The notes under the pieces were generated by a model, which was not told the origin of the DNA, did not search any database, and saw only the letters and a program-made list of their open reading frames with translations. Below, in pieces: positions 1 to 11,666 of a stretch of 64,000 nt of DNA (positions are counted from its first letter, which is position 1; every line of letters begins with the position of its first letter). Position numbers and translations under genes: made by a program. The DNA is from Octopus bimaculoides (taxonomy: Eukaryota): the NCBI RefSeq assembly GCF_001194135.2, contig NC_069001.1, positions 16,358,831 through 16,422,830 on the forward strand, read 5' to 3'.

Positions 1-45
<45 letters not shown>

Positions 46-1122
46 AAAGGATGTATTATAATACTATTCCACAGCCATACCAACAATCCAATAATACTAT
101 TCCACATATACAAAACAGCCATACAAACAATCCAGCATACCTCCATCATCAGCTGCCCCACGGATATCATTATGGTCTCCACACCTGGGCAGTACCATTC
201 AATCTGGCGGTGTCCATAGCACTGAAATAAGTGTTGTTTAGAAACAAACTAAAGAAACTGCAACTTTCAAACACATTTACCCTATGTACAACCGTATCGG
301 TAAATAAATTCAATAAGTAAATTAAAACCAACTCCTACATACATAACTAAACAGCGACAAATCTATAAAGTCAAACAAAAATTATAATCTCTACCGTCTT
401 CCGTAATATAATATAAAATTGAAAGCTTAATAACTACATTCATTCAATCAATCAATTTATAGGTAGGATTAAACACTAACTTTAATAAAACTACAACAAA
501 GAAACATATAAACCAATGTACATTGTATCGGTATAATAGTAAACTGCTATAACTAAATTATATGCTAAATGGCGACCAATCTTTAAGTCCATGCAAATAA
601 TAATCCCACCAGTCTTCCATAGTTACTACTATAATGAAAGTTAGAACTTTATATAAATCTCTCCAAGGATTTTATCAAGTAGCTAGCTTGTAATAAACCA
701 TTTAGGTAAAGATTAATACAAAGTATATAATTTGTATAAATATAATTATAATAAGGGCAACTACTGAGTAGCGTCACATGCTAGAAGTAGACGCCAAATG
801 GCTCTAAAACTATCGTGTCACATAGACACTGGCTGGAAGCGAGGGAAATGAACAAGAGATTTTAGCCATACTCTCTTTTACTTGTTTCCGTCATTTGACT
901 GCGGCCATGCTGGAACACCGCCTTTAGTCGAGCAAATCGACCCTAGGACTTATTCTTTGTAAGCCTTGTACTTATTTTTTCAGGCTTTTATGCCGATCCG
1001 CTATGTTACGGGGACGTAAACACACCACCATCGGTTGTTACGCCATGTTGGGGGAACAAACACAGACACACAAACATATACACACAAACATATACACACA
1101 CATACATATATATATATATATA

Positions 1123-1700
1123 NNNNNNNNNNNNNNNNNNNNNNNNNNNNNNNNNNNNNNNNNNNNNNNNNNNNNNNNNNNNNNNNNNNNNNNNNNNNNN
1201 NNNNNNNNNNNNNNNNNNNNNNNNNNNNNNNNNNNNNNNNNNNNNNNNNNNNNNNNNNNNNNNNNNNNNNNNNNNNNNNNNNNNNNNNNNNNNNNNNNNN
1301 NNNNNNNNNNNNNNNNNNNNNNNNNNNNNNNNNNNNNNNNNNNNNNNNNNNNNNNNNNNNNNNNNNNNNNNNNNNNNNNNNNNNNNNNNNNNNNNNNNNN
1401 NNNNNNNNNNNNNNNNNNNNNNNNNNNNNNNNNNNNNNNNNNNNNNNNNNNNNNNNNNNNNNNNNNNNNNNNNNNNNNNNNNNNNNNNNNNNNNNNNNNN
1501 NNNNNNNNNNNNNNNNNNNNNNNNNNNNNNNNNNNNNNNNNNNNNNNNNNNNNNNNNNNNNNNNNNNNNNNNNNNNNNNNNNNNNNNNNNNNNNNNNNNN
1601 NNNNNNNNNNNNNNNNNNNNNNNNNNNNNNNNNNNNNNNNNNNNNNNNNNNNNNNNNNNNNNNNNNNNNNNNNNNNNNNNNNNNNNNNNNNNNNNNNNNN
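1123..1700. other. Assembly gap (N run); others at 4642-5231, 11667-12360, 13767-13820, 17206-17215 and 33379-33388
   Basis: N runs, most of them bordered by microsatellite or repeat sequence. Confidence 0.99.
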
Positions 1701-2699
1701 GTGTGTGTGTGAATGTGTGTGTGTGTAAAAGATTATAACGGCTATATTTTGCAACTGATTTTCTCTAAACTGGGAACATACATTACTTACATTCCAGGGA
1801 TGGTTTTAGACTCTTAAAATTTTTCACATAATGAGTAACAGGAACTCTAGGGGCAGAAAACACCCGGTCCTGGGTTACTTGAAGAAGGGAGGTAACTCTC
1901 TGCGAAGTAACTTTCAGAAATTGATTGCCTCCCTTACATCCACTGGTTATTAAAAAAATTTTTAATATTGCTTTTTATATTAGATTTACGTCTTGAAATT
2001 TTTTTTAATATTTACTTCCAGTTTTCTAGCGTCGGTCACCTCTATATCTTTCTATCTATATCTCTCTATCTATCTCTATCTCTCTACATCTTTCTATCTA
2101 TCTCTATCTCCTTGTATCTATCTGTCTATATCTATCTATCTACCTATCTTATTTGTCTAACTAGCTAGCTCTCTCTCTCTCCTTCTCTCTCTCTTTCTCT
2201 CACCCCTCTCTTTATATCTCACTCACTCGCTATTTTTTTCACTTTCATTTTTCAGACTATTGATTTCACTTCAAGTTCAATCACTATTGTTTTCACTGTA
2301 AGTCTTCAATAGCTATTTACAAACAAGAACGACAAATTGCTGGCAGAAAGGAGTTCACAATTACTGATGAAAGTAATTTCATACATAATTTACTGACAGA
2401 AGTAACTTCATAAATTTCACTTCAATCCATACACTTCGTTAAATTTCCCTAAAAATTTCTTATTTACTTTTGCAACGTTTTGTGTTTTTCTGTTGTTAAC
2501 GCCTTTTTTCTGGTTCATTCGATACTGGCTCTTTGATTCACTGACAAATTTCGCTTTAACCCGTACAGTTCTTTATTTTCCGTAAAAATTTCTTATTTAC
2601 TTTCTGCCCGTCGTATTAAGAAATATAAGTTCCGTTACCCAGTTATTTTCATTGTTTACTATCTTCTGCACCTGTGTATTTCTGTATACGTTTATAACC

Positions 2700-2945
2700 A
2701 TGCCTAGAAGGAAAGTGTCAAATTTGTCTATAATGTCACGGTCAGCCAAAAGAATGTCTCTGTCCAGGGAAAGAGAGATAGCTGCAGAAAGGGAAGCATA
2801 CCAAGAAACGAACAGACTGTGCACTACAAAAGCCAGAACATCTCAAAGTGATGAACAGAGGTATATACGCAGACAAGGAGAACGAAGAACGAAGAGCAGT
2901 TACAACAGCTCTGTACGGCTGACAAGAATTATGTTTACTCCTTGA
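2700..2945 (+). mobile_element. Possible Helitron ORF N-terminus remnant (STPR-like 23-aa repeat)
   Basis: MPRRKVSNLSIMSRSAKRMSLSR-EREIAAEREAYQETNRLCTTKARTS-QSDEQR resembles the N-termini of invertebrate Rep-Helicase ORFs. No Rep or helicase motifs follow. Confidence 0.45.
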
Positions 2946-4577
2946 ATAGAAGCTCCTCAGATTTCGGTCTACCATGCTTATAGGGATAACCAACATTTCT
3001 TATCACTAAGTGTCTGAAATACTTTCATTTCCTTCTTGTTTTAGTCGTGACAAGTTCGAGAAATACTGAACATACTTGCGACATAAATAAGATTTATATA
3101 AACCAGTCTTGAGTTGAAATTCTAAAATAAAAGACCAAGCATGAATAACCTAATTTGTTTCCTTTGCAAATTTAGAATGTAAGTCAGCTAAACAAAACAT
3201 GATCATTTATTTATACAGCAACTATTCATTGCCTTTATGGCATACAGTGTTGGGTTTTCCTGTCAGCTTTAGAAGCTTGAGGGGCACTGGTCAAACAATT
3301 TGTTAAACACTTATAATATACAAATTTGTAGCTCCGGGTCTCTGGTGCTACTGGATTTTATGTGAATATAAACAGATTCGCAACTTGTTTCTCTGGGGTT
3401 GGTAAATGTTATGTAGATAACTTTGATGGGGGTCCCAATAAAGATAGAATATCGATAAAAGTTGTTCATTTTTTTCAATTTACGAAGAAATAGGTAAATT
3501 AGACCAGTTTGTATGTTTATCATGTAGGTTTACATATACATATAGACATAAGAGATGGGTTAGTTGGAGGTGCTTCGCAAATGGAAAAGCCTAGGGGCCT
3601 CTCTTCATCAAAGTCCAACACAGGTGATAAATCAAAGCTATTGAAGAATTCCATAATTGAATCAAAAATATCAATAACATCTGCCAGCTGCCTTCGCAGG
3701 ATTTTTAGTATTATAATAAAGCGCCGAGCGTCGAACAAAAATGCTTAACGGAATTTCTTTTGGCTCTTTACATTCTGCGTTCAAATTCAGCCAAGGTCGA
3801 CTTTGTCTTTCATCACTACGGGGTCGATAAAATAAAGTACTTGTGAAGTACTGAGGTCAATGGCATCGACTTGCCCCAGCCCCGCTTCCCCAAAATTTCA
3901 GGCCTTGGCCTTATAGCAGATAGAATTAGTACATAGGATTGGCAGGTGCAGCATGGTTGAATGCTCAGATGGTTCGCTTTGCAACCATGTGATACCTGGT
4001 TTGATCCCACTACATTGTATTTGGGACAAATGAGATTTTCTATAGCTTTGGTCTGACCTATATCTTGTATCTAAAACTGGAAAGATAGAAACTATACAGA
4101 AGCCAATCGGGTGGATTGTACATGTAATTCGAATGGTACGCCCTTGTCACAACTTGTCGTATGCTGGTTCTACCTAGAAATCACCTTTAAAGTGCACGTG
4201 TTTATAGAATAATCAGCCGACTTACACGCTAAAGTTGATCGGCGAACTGAATCCTCGTCGTTAAACGACGGAGATCCACCATCACAAAGTGTCAAGAACT
4301 GAGTTTTCTTTTATTGTGAAACATACATTCAAAGTTTTTCCTGCTACAATACATATCCTTTACTCTTTTACTCTTTTACTTGTTTCAGTCATTTGACTGC
4401 GGCCATGCTGGAGCACCACCTTTAGTCGAACAAATCGACCCCAGGACTTATTCTTTGGAAGCCTAGTACTTATTCTATCGGTCTCTTTTGCCGAACCGCT
4501 AAGTTACGGGGACGTAAACACACCACCATCGGTTGTCAAGTGATGCTGGGAGGACAAACACAGACACACAAACATAA

Positions 4578-4622
<45 letters not shown>

Positions 4623-5231
4623 TACGACGGGCTTCTTTCAGNNNNNNNNNNNNNNNNNNNNNNNNNNNNNNNNNNNNNNNNNNNNNNNNNNNNNNNNNNN
4701 NNNNNNNNNNNNNNNNNNNNNNNNNNNNNNNNNNNNNNNNNNNNNNNNNNNNNNNNNNNNNNNNNNNNNNNNNNNNNNNNNNNNNNNNNNNNNNNNNNNN
4801 NNNNNNNNNNNNNNNNNNNNNNNNNNNNNNNNNNNNNNNNNNNNNNNNNNNNNNNNNNNNNNNNNNNNNNNNNNNNNNNNNNNNNNNNNNNNNNNNNNNN
4901 NNNNNNNNNNNNNNNNNNNNNNNNNNNNNNNNNNNNNNNNNNNNNNNNNNNNNNNNNNNNNNNNNNNNNNNNNNNNNNNNNNNNNNNNNNNNNNNNNNNN
5001 NNNNNNNNNNNNNNNNNNNNNNNNNNNNNNNNNNNNNNNNNNNNNNNNNNNNNNNNNNNNNNNNNNNNNNNNNNNNNNNNNNNNNNNNNNNNNNNNNNNN
5101 NNNNNNNNNNNNNNNNNNNNNNNNNNNNNNNNNNNNNNNNNNNNNNNNNNNNNNNNNNNNNNNNNNNNNNNNNNNNNNNNNNNNNNNNNNNNNNNNNNNN
5201 NNNNNNNNNNNNNNNNNNNNNNNNNNNNNNN

Positions 5232-5295
<64 letters not shown>

Positions 5296-5445
5296 TGTGT
5301 GTGTGTGCGCGTGCGTGCGTGCGTGTGTGTGTGTGTGTCCATGTGTTATACTTAAAGCAGATGCATCATTGAAAGCCTGCTAGCATTCATCTCGAGAAAG
5401 CATCTCTTATAGAAGTATAATGTTAAAAACACAGAAATGGATCAG

Positions 5446-5729
5446 TAGCAGACGAAAATACCCAGCAGCTGTGGTGGCATCACCAAATATGTATTTGTGC
5501 TTCGTCTGTGGCAAGTATCCACGCTAAGAGAAAATCAGTCACTGATCATATCATAAAACAGTGACTGAAAAAGAAAGATGTCAGAAGGCAGAAATCGTCC
5601 ATAGTGACATTGCTAGATACATATTTCTGCCTCTTTGCGCTTCATCAGTAGCAGATATCCACTGGCGACCGCATGCTGAAATACGTATTTAGTAATGTCA
5701 CAACCGTGCTGGATGATTTTCGTCCGCTG
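5446..5729. repeat. Imperfect foldback / old MITE-like long inverted repeat
   Basis: TAGCAGACGAAAATACCCAGCA (5446) versus TGCTGGATGATTTTCGTCCGCTG (5707-5729); central TCAGTCACTG / CAGTGACTGA (5535-5568). Confidence 0.7.
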
Positions 5730-6884
5730 TTAGGCAGATTTCTTCTTTACAAATTGAATAATCTTTTTCTAACATAGGTACGAAGCCAGAAATTCGCGGG
5801 GAGGAAGTTAGGCGACCACCTCGACTTCAGTAATTGACTGCTACTTTGTTTTATCAATCCTGAAAGGATAAAAAGCACATTTAATATTTTGTAAATATAA
5901 TGTAAGGATGCAGATTGGGCGAAATGTTAAAGCGTCCGGTAGCTTGCTTTGCTGTATTCGTTCTGGGTCTCTAAGTTCAAATACTACTTAGGTCTTCATC
6001 ATTATCCTTTCGAAGTTTATAAATACAACATCGGATTTTTCTTCTCTCTCTCTCTTTCTTTCTTTATTTATTTCTGTCTCTGAAAGAAGAAAAAATAGTT
6101 TGTTGTCAGACCTGAGGAGGATTGGGCTTCACCAGATCTTAAAAAAAAATTTTTAATGCGGAAGACACACCGCCATGTCATGACGGCGCTGCCCTTACGA
6201 TTTTGTCTGAAGATGTGGAGGCTCAAGGAAGAGCGAATATAATATTTTCCTTCATGGATATATTTGAAGAAAGACTATATTCTGCTGTTCGTATTCATCT
6301 GCCATATTTTTCAATGTTGAATCTACTGTTGTCTTTCGGTCTTGAACAATTTGGTTCAGGATTCCTTATAATCTGACGTTCTTGTTGTCTTATTATTACA
6401 ATTAAACGGTTTTTGATAATGGAGAAAATTCTTGCTTTTTCTCATAGTAAATCGATAGATTGTCGTTGTTGTTGACGATAAAAAAAGCAAACATTTTAAT
6501 ATATTTTTATTTGTTTGTTTTAATCAAGCAAAGTGGAATTCATGCAGTTAATTAGATTTACTTTTTAACAAATGAATCCAGTTATTTTCAATCAAATATT
6601 GATTGGTTACTCTTTACTATTTGTATTTATTTGCTTCAAGTTGATTTTTAGCCCCAGGTTAGCTTTGATCGGAAAGGTTTATGATCAAAGCCACAACCAT
6701 GTAACGACAAAATATTTGGTTGGTTGACAGAAGATCAAACATTTGTGAAGACCAAGAGCGTCCAATAACACTGTACTTATTCCACGTCCTCGCGTTGTTA
6801 TTTTTTCATGTTCTTTCTTGCTTGTTCATGTTTGAATCGACTATATACCGCACGCTCACACGGACCCCGGCCTTGTGATTGATC

Positions 6885-6958
6885 TTGGAGATACCAGTTC
6901 CTGTTTGGAGATACCAATTCCTAGATATACCAGTTCCTTTGGAGATACCAGCTCCTGT
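6885..6958 (+). repeat. Four-copy ~18-21-bp minisatellite (TTGGAGATACCAGTTCCTG) inside the Penelope-like element
   Basis: Direct reading of four imperfect tandem units. Confidence 0.8.
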
Positions 6959-7437
6959 TCATTCGGATTACGCCACTCTACTCTTGACTGGATATCATCA
7001 TAATCCGTCCGTGACTCTTACACTTTTTCTCGTTCTCCTTCTACCTTTCTTCTTCCTACTTCCACTTTTTTCTTTTTGTCGCCAACTATAACACCTACAC
7101 CGACACTCACACTCTCTCCCCATGCCTGACCTCCACTCCTTCCTCCAACACCTTCAATCCCTTCTTTGCCGTTTTCTTGCCTTTTCCCCCAACCAATGCT
7201 TGCAACCCACAAAAAAACTCTCTCACTTGCTTTTTAAACAGCCATAACCACACACACACACGTGCTATCATTATTCACACACGCACACGCACACACATAC
7301 CTCCTTCTCTTACACTCTCCTGTCTTTGAAAAGAACTTTTTCTCCACCCTTTCCCTTCCGGTCATTCCAATATGTGACCGCGTGTGCATCATTGGCGATT
7401 TTCTTTCTCTGTCTTCCTTTCTTTGAACTTTTCCTAT

Positions 7438-7472
7438 ATTTCTGACGAAGAGCTCCGCTCGAAACGTTAAAT
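7438..7472 (+). ncRNA. Minimal type I hammerhead ribozyme motif
   Basis: CTGACGA (7442-7448), extra A, stem II GAGC-TCC-GCTC (7450-7460), GAAA (7461-7464), palindromic AACGTT helix III (7463-7468), stem I ATTT/AAAT. Confidence 0.7.
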
Positions 7473-9711
7473 CCTCTTTCTTTTCTTTCCTTTCCTGAGC
7501 GTCCAATAACACTGTACTTATTCCACGTCCTCGCGTTGTTGGGTTTTTTTTCGTGTTTTTTCGTGTTTTTTCTTGCTTGTTCATGTTTGAATCGACTACA
7601 ATATTTATTAACCGTTAACAGTAAAACAATTGTTAACAGAAAAAAATACGAAATCAGTTTATGCATGCCTGTGCGAAATGCGTGTCAGTAATGGTAGCGG
7701 GTTGTAGTAGTCGTCAAATTCCGTGGCCGAATGAGTAGCTTAAGTTCCTGCAGAAAGTTAGCTTTAGCTGTATCTCAACCACTACTCAATTATGTGTTTT
7801 TTTTGTGAGGTCCAGGGGCGGCAAACGGAAGGTCCGCCCCAGGCGGCACACACTCTAGCTACGCTAGTGTGTCAACCTTGATTGAACAGACCAACGATCA
7901 AATGGATCCCAGTCGTGACTCGTCCCGTCTTTTTATATAGCTTGAATAAAATTCTCCAACGTGTCCATTTTTAAGACGGCAGGGTGTGATTTGAAAGAGA
8001 ATTGAGCTGATATTTCTTGCAGCTTCGGCAACTGCGTAGATAATCTCCCCTCTCGCCCTACCCCACCACTATCTGTCACAAGCCACACATATATATATAT
8101 ATATAAATATGTTTGGTTCAAAACATCATCAAGGCCAACAATGGTCGACAAACACTTCTAATGTTATTTCTTTTCGTTTTCTCTTAACAGAGCACAGCGT
8201 GACTTCAAATGAGGAAGAGTTAAGTTTCTAAATTTGAACAACGATTGTGTCTTACGTTAAGTGATGTGAAGAGAGGTAATACCAAAACCCAAGCCATATG
8301 TTTCATACTCCGTTTCTCGTCTCACTGCACCCTCACCCCACTAAAACAGCTTTTGTTGTTTTTATTGGAATTCTCTCACCATATGTTACTATTACATTAG
8401 AAAAAAAAAACACTATTTTTATTGAGATCATACAAAGGAAAATTCTCTACAAAAATACTTGTTTAATAAATTGTCTCTCGTAATACGTTCTGTTATTAAT
8501 TAACCTTATCAAGGGCGGTTGACAATCAGAATCGTTAACGCATCGGATAAAATACTTAGCAGCATTTCATCCGGCTCTTTACATTCTCAAATGTTGTCAA
8601 AGTCGACTTTGTCTTACATTCTTTTTCGGGGTCGATAAAATAAGTACTAGTTGAGAGCTGGGGTTGATGTAATCGACTTACCCCCACCTCCCACCCCCAA
8701 CACACACTCCCTTAAAATTACTGGCCATGTGCCAAAATTTGAAACCATTACGACTGAATCTCATTGAAAGCGGTGAACCGGTAGAATCGTTGGAGCCCCA
8801 GACAAGGTGCCTTGTGACATTTGTTCTTGCTGTTTACGTTCTGTGTTGAACGCCCGCTCAGGTCAACTTCATCTTCCATCTCTCCGGAGGCAATAAAATA
8901 AAGTACCAATCATGTATTAGAGTCGATGGTCTCAACTCTCTCTGCCCTCTTAAACCTGCAGGCCTTGTGTTAAAAATCTGAAATCGCGTAAGGGGACCAG
9001 CTGGCAAAATTGTTAGCGCTCCGGATAAAATGCTGAGCGGTATTTCTTCTAGCTTCACGTTCTGTGTTTAAATGTCGCCGAGATCAACTTTGCCTATTGG
9101 CCTTTTGGAGTCGACGAAATAAGCACCAATTGAGCACTGGGGTTGATGTAATCGATTTGACCCTATCCTCAAACTTCAGGCCTTGTACATATAGTAGAAA
9201 GGATAATTATGATAATTTTTGTTGTTGTTGTTGGTGGTGGTGGTGGTGGTTATGGTGTTGTTATTATTTATATAATAATCTGCTTGCTCGTTCGCCCGTT
9301 ACACTTTAGGTAGTTAGAGAGGTTGAGGTGGAGTGAGTGAGAAGTGAAGTAAAAGTGAGAGAGAGAGGGGAGAATATGAATAGAGAAGAAAAAAGAGAGG
9401 AGTATAATAATACTCTAAGGCCAAATGCATCACGTGGTTAGTTGAAATGAGAGGCGGAGAGCGAGAGAAAAAGACGGTGAGACAAAAGACGGAGAGAAAA
9501 GTGTTAACGACGTGCTGTAGGGTGGGGAAGGAAGGATAAAGAGAAAGAGATGTGTTTAGGATACAATATTTAGCAGAGGGTGATGTTCTGGTGGTAAAGC
9601 TAAAGACAGGCAGATAGAAAGAAATGAACGGGGGAGCCACAAAACACGAGCAAAACAAAAAACTGCTTTCAATCTTTAAGGAAGCTGACAAATATGAAAA
9701 ATAAGTCATAG

Positions 9712-11610
9712 TACCTAACAACTATGAAGAGAAAGAAAAAACAACAAATGCTGTAAAACAACTGAAATCCAAACTAAAACTGGAACAGCAACGGATCATG
9801 CTAAAACGATAGCAAGAAAAGCCCCTTCATGGCTGAGAAGCTCAGGACTTAAAGCAGAGACTAAAGGATTTTTAATTGCAGCACAAGACCAGAGCCTCCT
9901 CACCAGAAATGACCAAAAACATGTAATGAAAAGAAATACAAGTAATTTCAAAATATGTGGAGATGGACAAGAAACAATTAATCATATTGTCTCTGGCGGC
10001 CCAGTCCTGGATAAGAAAGAATATATTCACAGACGCGTCAGAGTTGGGACCTATTTACAGTGGAAGCTGTAGACGACCGTGCGAACCAAAGGAGAAATGG
10101 TGACGAATGGAAACAGGCTCCTTTTAACGCGTCGCACGGTCGACACAAAATATAAGATATGTTATAATACTATAACATAGAGAACTAGGAATTGCCAGTA
10201 AGGTAAAGATAGAAGATGACTCAACCGATAAAGATGTATAACAGTAAGGTTTATTAGAGCATTAAACTGTATGTCTGTGTGTGTGTGAATGCGACATAAT
10301 AAAACACAATGTAAGACAGGCCGTCATGTAAACAAAGAGTGTGTATACAAATATATGTATGTGAATGCAAGAGATACAGAGGATGGAAAAGAGTCAGTAA
10401 CACGGATAAGGAAATACCAGTTCTGTTAAGGTACACAGTAGTTAGAAAGTCTGTGTATAAGAGGTTAAGGTTGAGGCAGAGCTAAGTCACTTGTCGTGCA
10501 GTTGAGGCTTCGATGCCGGGCCGGATTCTTGATACAGATGGTTTCTCGCAGGTTGAGTTTTGGCTGTTAATTCGTGGTGAGGCAATTCACACAAACAGGG
10601 TTGAGAAGCTGCAGTTGCTTGTGTACGTGGAGAAGTCATGTTGACGTTGGCGACGTTGGAGACGAAAGTTGTAGTAAAGAGTTGAACGATGGTGTTGTTG
10701 TCGTCGCTGGAAACTGGCTGGTTGTGTTACGTGTGGTCCATGACCAGATCTTAGAAGATCTGAAGCCGCGACAAATTGGCGCGGGTTAAAGCAGGCTATT
10801 TATAGGTACAAGGAGGCTCCAGAAATCATCAGAAAAACACTCTCTCACGTGACCTTATTAGATGGCCATGATTGGTCGGTTTGTACCCTGGCGCGAAAGG
10901 ACTGGGGACAATTGCCGAGCAAATAATAGTCAGTCAGGTGATGGACAACAGCCGGGGTCCAAGGCGGGAAAGAGTTGTTACCTGCTACGTTCGCATTTGT
11001 AAATAAATAACCGTGAGAGAGGTGGTTTCACTACAAAGCTATGCCAACACTAAAGAATAACAACAGAAAAAAGATGGTATAGGCACACGCCAGAAAAGGT
11101 CACAGAAAATGAGAAAGCAGCCATACTCTGGGATATGCCAATGCACACAGATAGAGAAATTAAGGCAAATAGACCAGATATAGTTGTCAAAGATCATGAA
11201 GAAGAAAATGCTTTCTAATCGATGTATCAATACCAACAGATGACAACGTTTCTCTAAAAGAAATGGAGAAACTTTCAAATTACAAAGACCTGGAAACAGA
11301 GGTAACTCGAATGTGGAGTCTAAAAACAGAAACAATTCCTATTATAGTAGGCGCATTAGGTACGATAAAAAATATTCAGACAAATACATAACAAAAACAC
11401 CAGGACTTACAAATATATATAACATACAGAAAATAGCACTAATAGGCATCGCACTCATCCTACGTAAAACACTTACAGTACAGTAAAAATAGGAGCATCA
11501 CAACAAACCACAGCACATACCCAAGGCACACAGAGCTGCGCTCGGTAGTGCAGTGAAAGCATGTTATAAAAATAAGACTACTGAATGATAATAATAATAA
11601 TAATAATAAT
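9712..11610 (+). mobile_element. 5'-truncated RLE-type non-LTR retrotransposon (R4/Dong-like), interrupted by a solo LTR
   Basis: Frameshifted translation gives the GLKAET-GFLIAAQDQ motif, a decayed CCHC knuckle (ICGDGQETINHIV-G-PVL), and QWK|LCQH across the insertion. It continues into ILWDMPMHTDREIKANRPDIVVKD..LIDVSIP..K..YKDLE (PD-(D/E)xK endonuclease) and ETIPIIVGALG. Ends in (TAA)n at ~11587. Confidence 0.85.
10068..11035 (-). mobile_element. Solo LTR (Gypsy-type), 968 bp
   Basis: Termini TGTAG...CTACA with 4-bp TSD AAGC (10064-10067 and 11036-11039). Removing it restores the LINE reading frame. On the minus strand, TATAAATA (10797-10804) precedes AATAAA (10250-10255). Confidence 0.85.

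Positions 11611-11666
<56 letters not shown>

Larger units (their letters stand above)
6756..7598 (+). mobile_element. Non-autonomous Penelope-like element (pLTR partial-tandem structure)
   Basis: Terminal direct repeat GAGCGTCCAATAACACTGTACTTATTCCACGTCCTCGCGTTGTT...GTTTGAATCGACTA at 6756-6843 and 7497-7598. A hammerhead core lies just before the second copy. No RT or GIY-YIG ORF seen. Confidence 0.65.

Noticed and set aside
1003-1754. Long ORFs of 225-273 aa here and at 4540-5355 and 11578-12406
   Set aside because: Artefacts of translating through N gaps and flanking microsatellites.
3509-3748. Overlapping ORFs on both strands with protein-like composition (LADVIDIFDSIMEFFNSFDLSPVLDF..)
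   Set aside because: No recognisable family and no convincing splice-site pair; cannot be supported without a homology search.
8191-8232. TSNEEELSF resembling the SH3 ELSF motif (possible second GRB2-like exon)
   Set aside because: A stop codon follows immediately and the upstream ALYDF-like residues are missing; likely coincidence.
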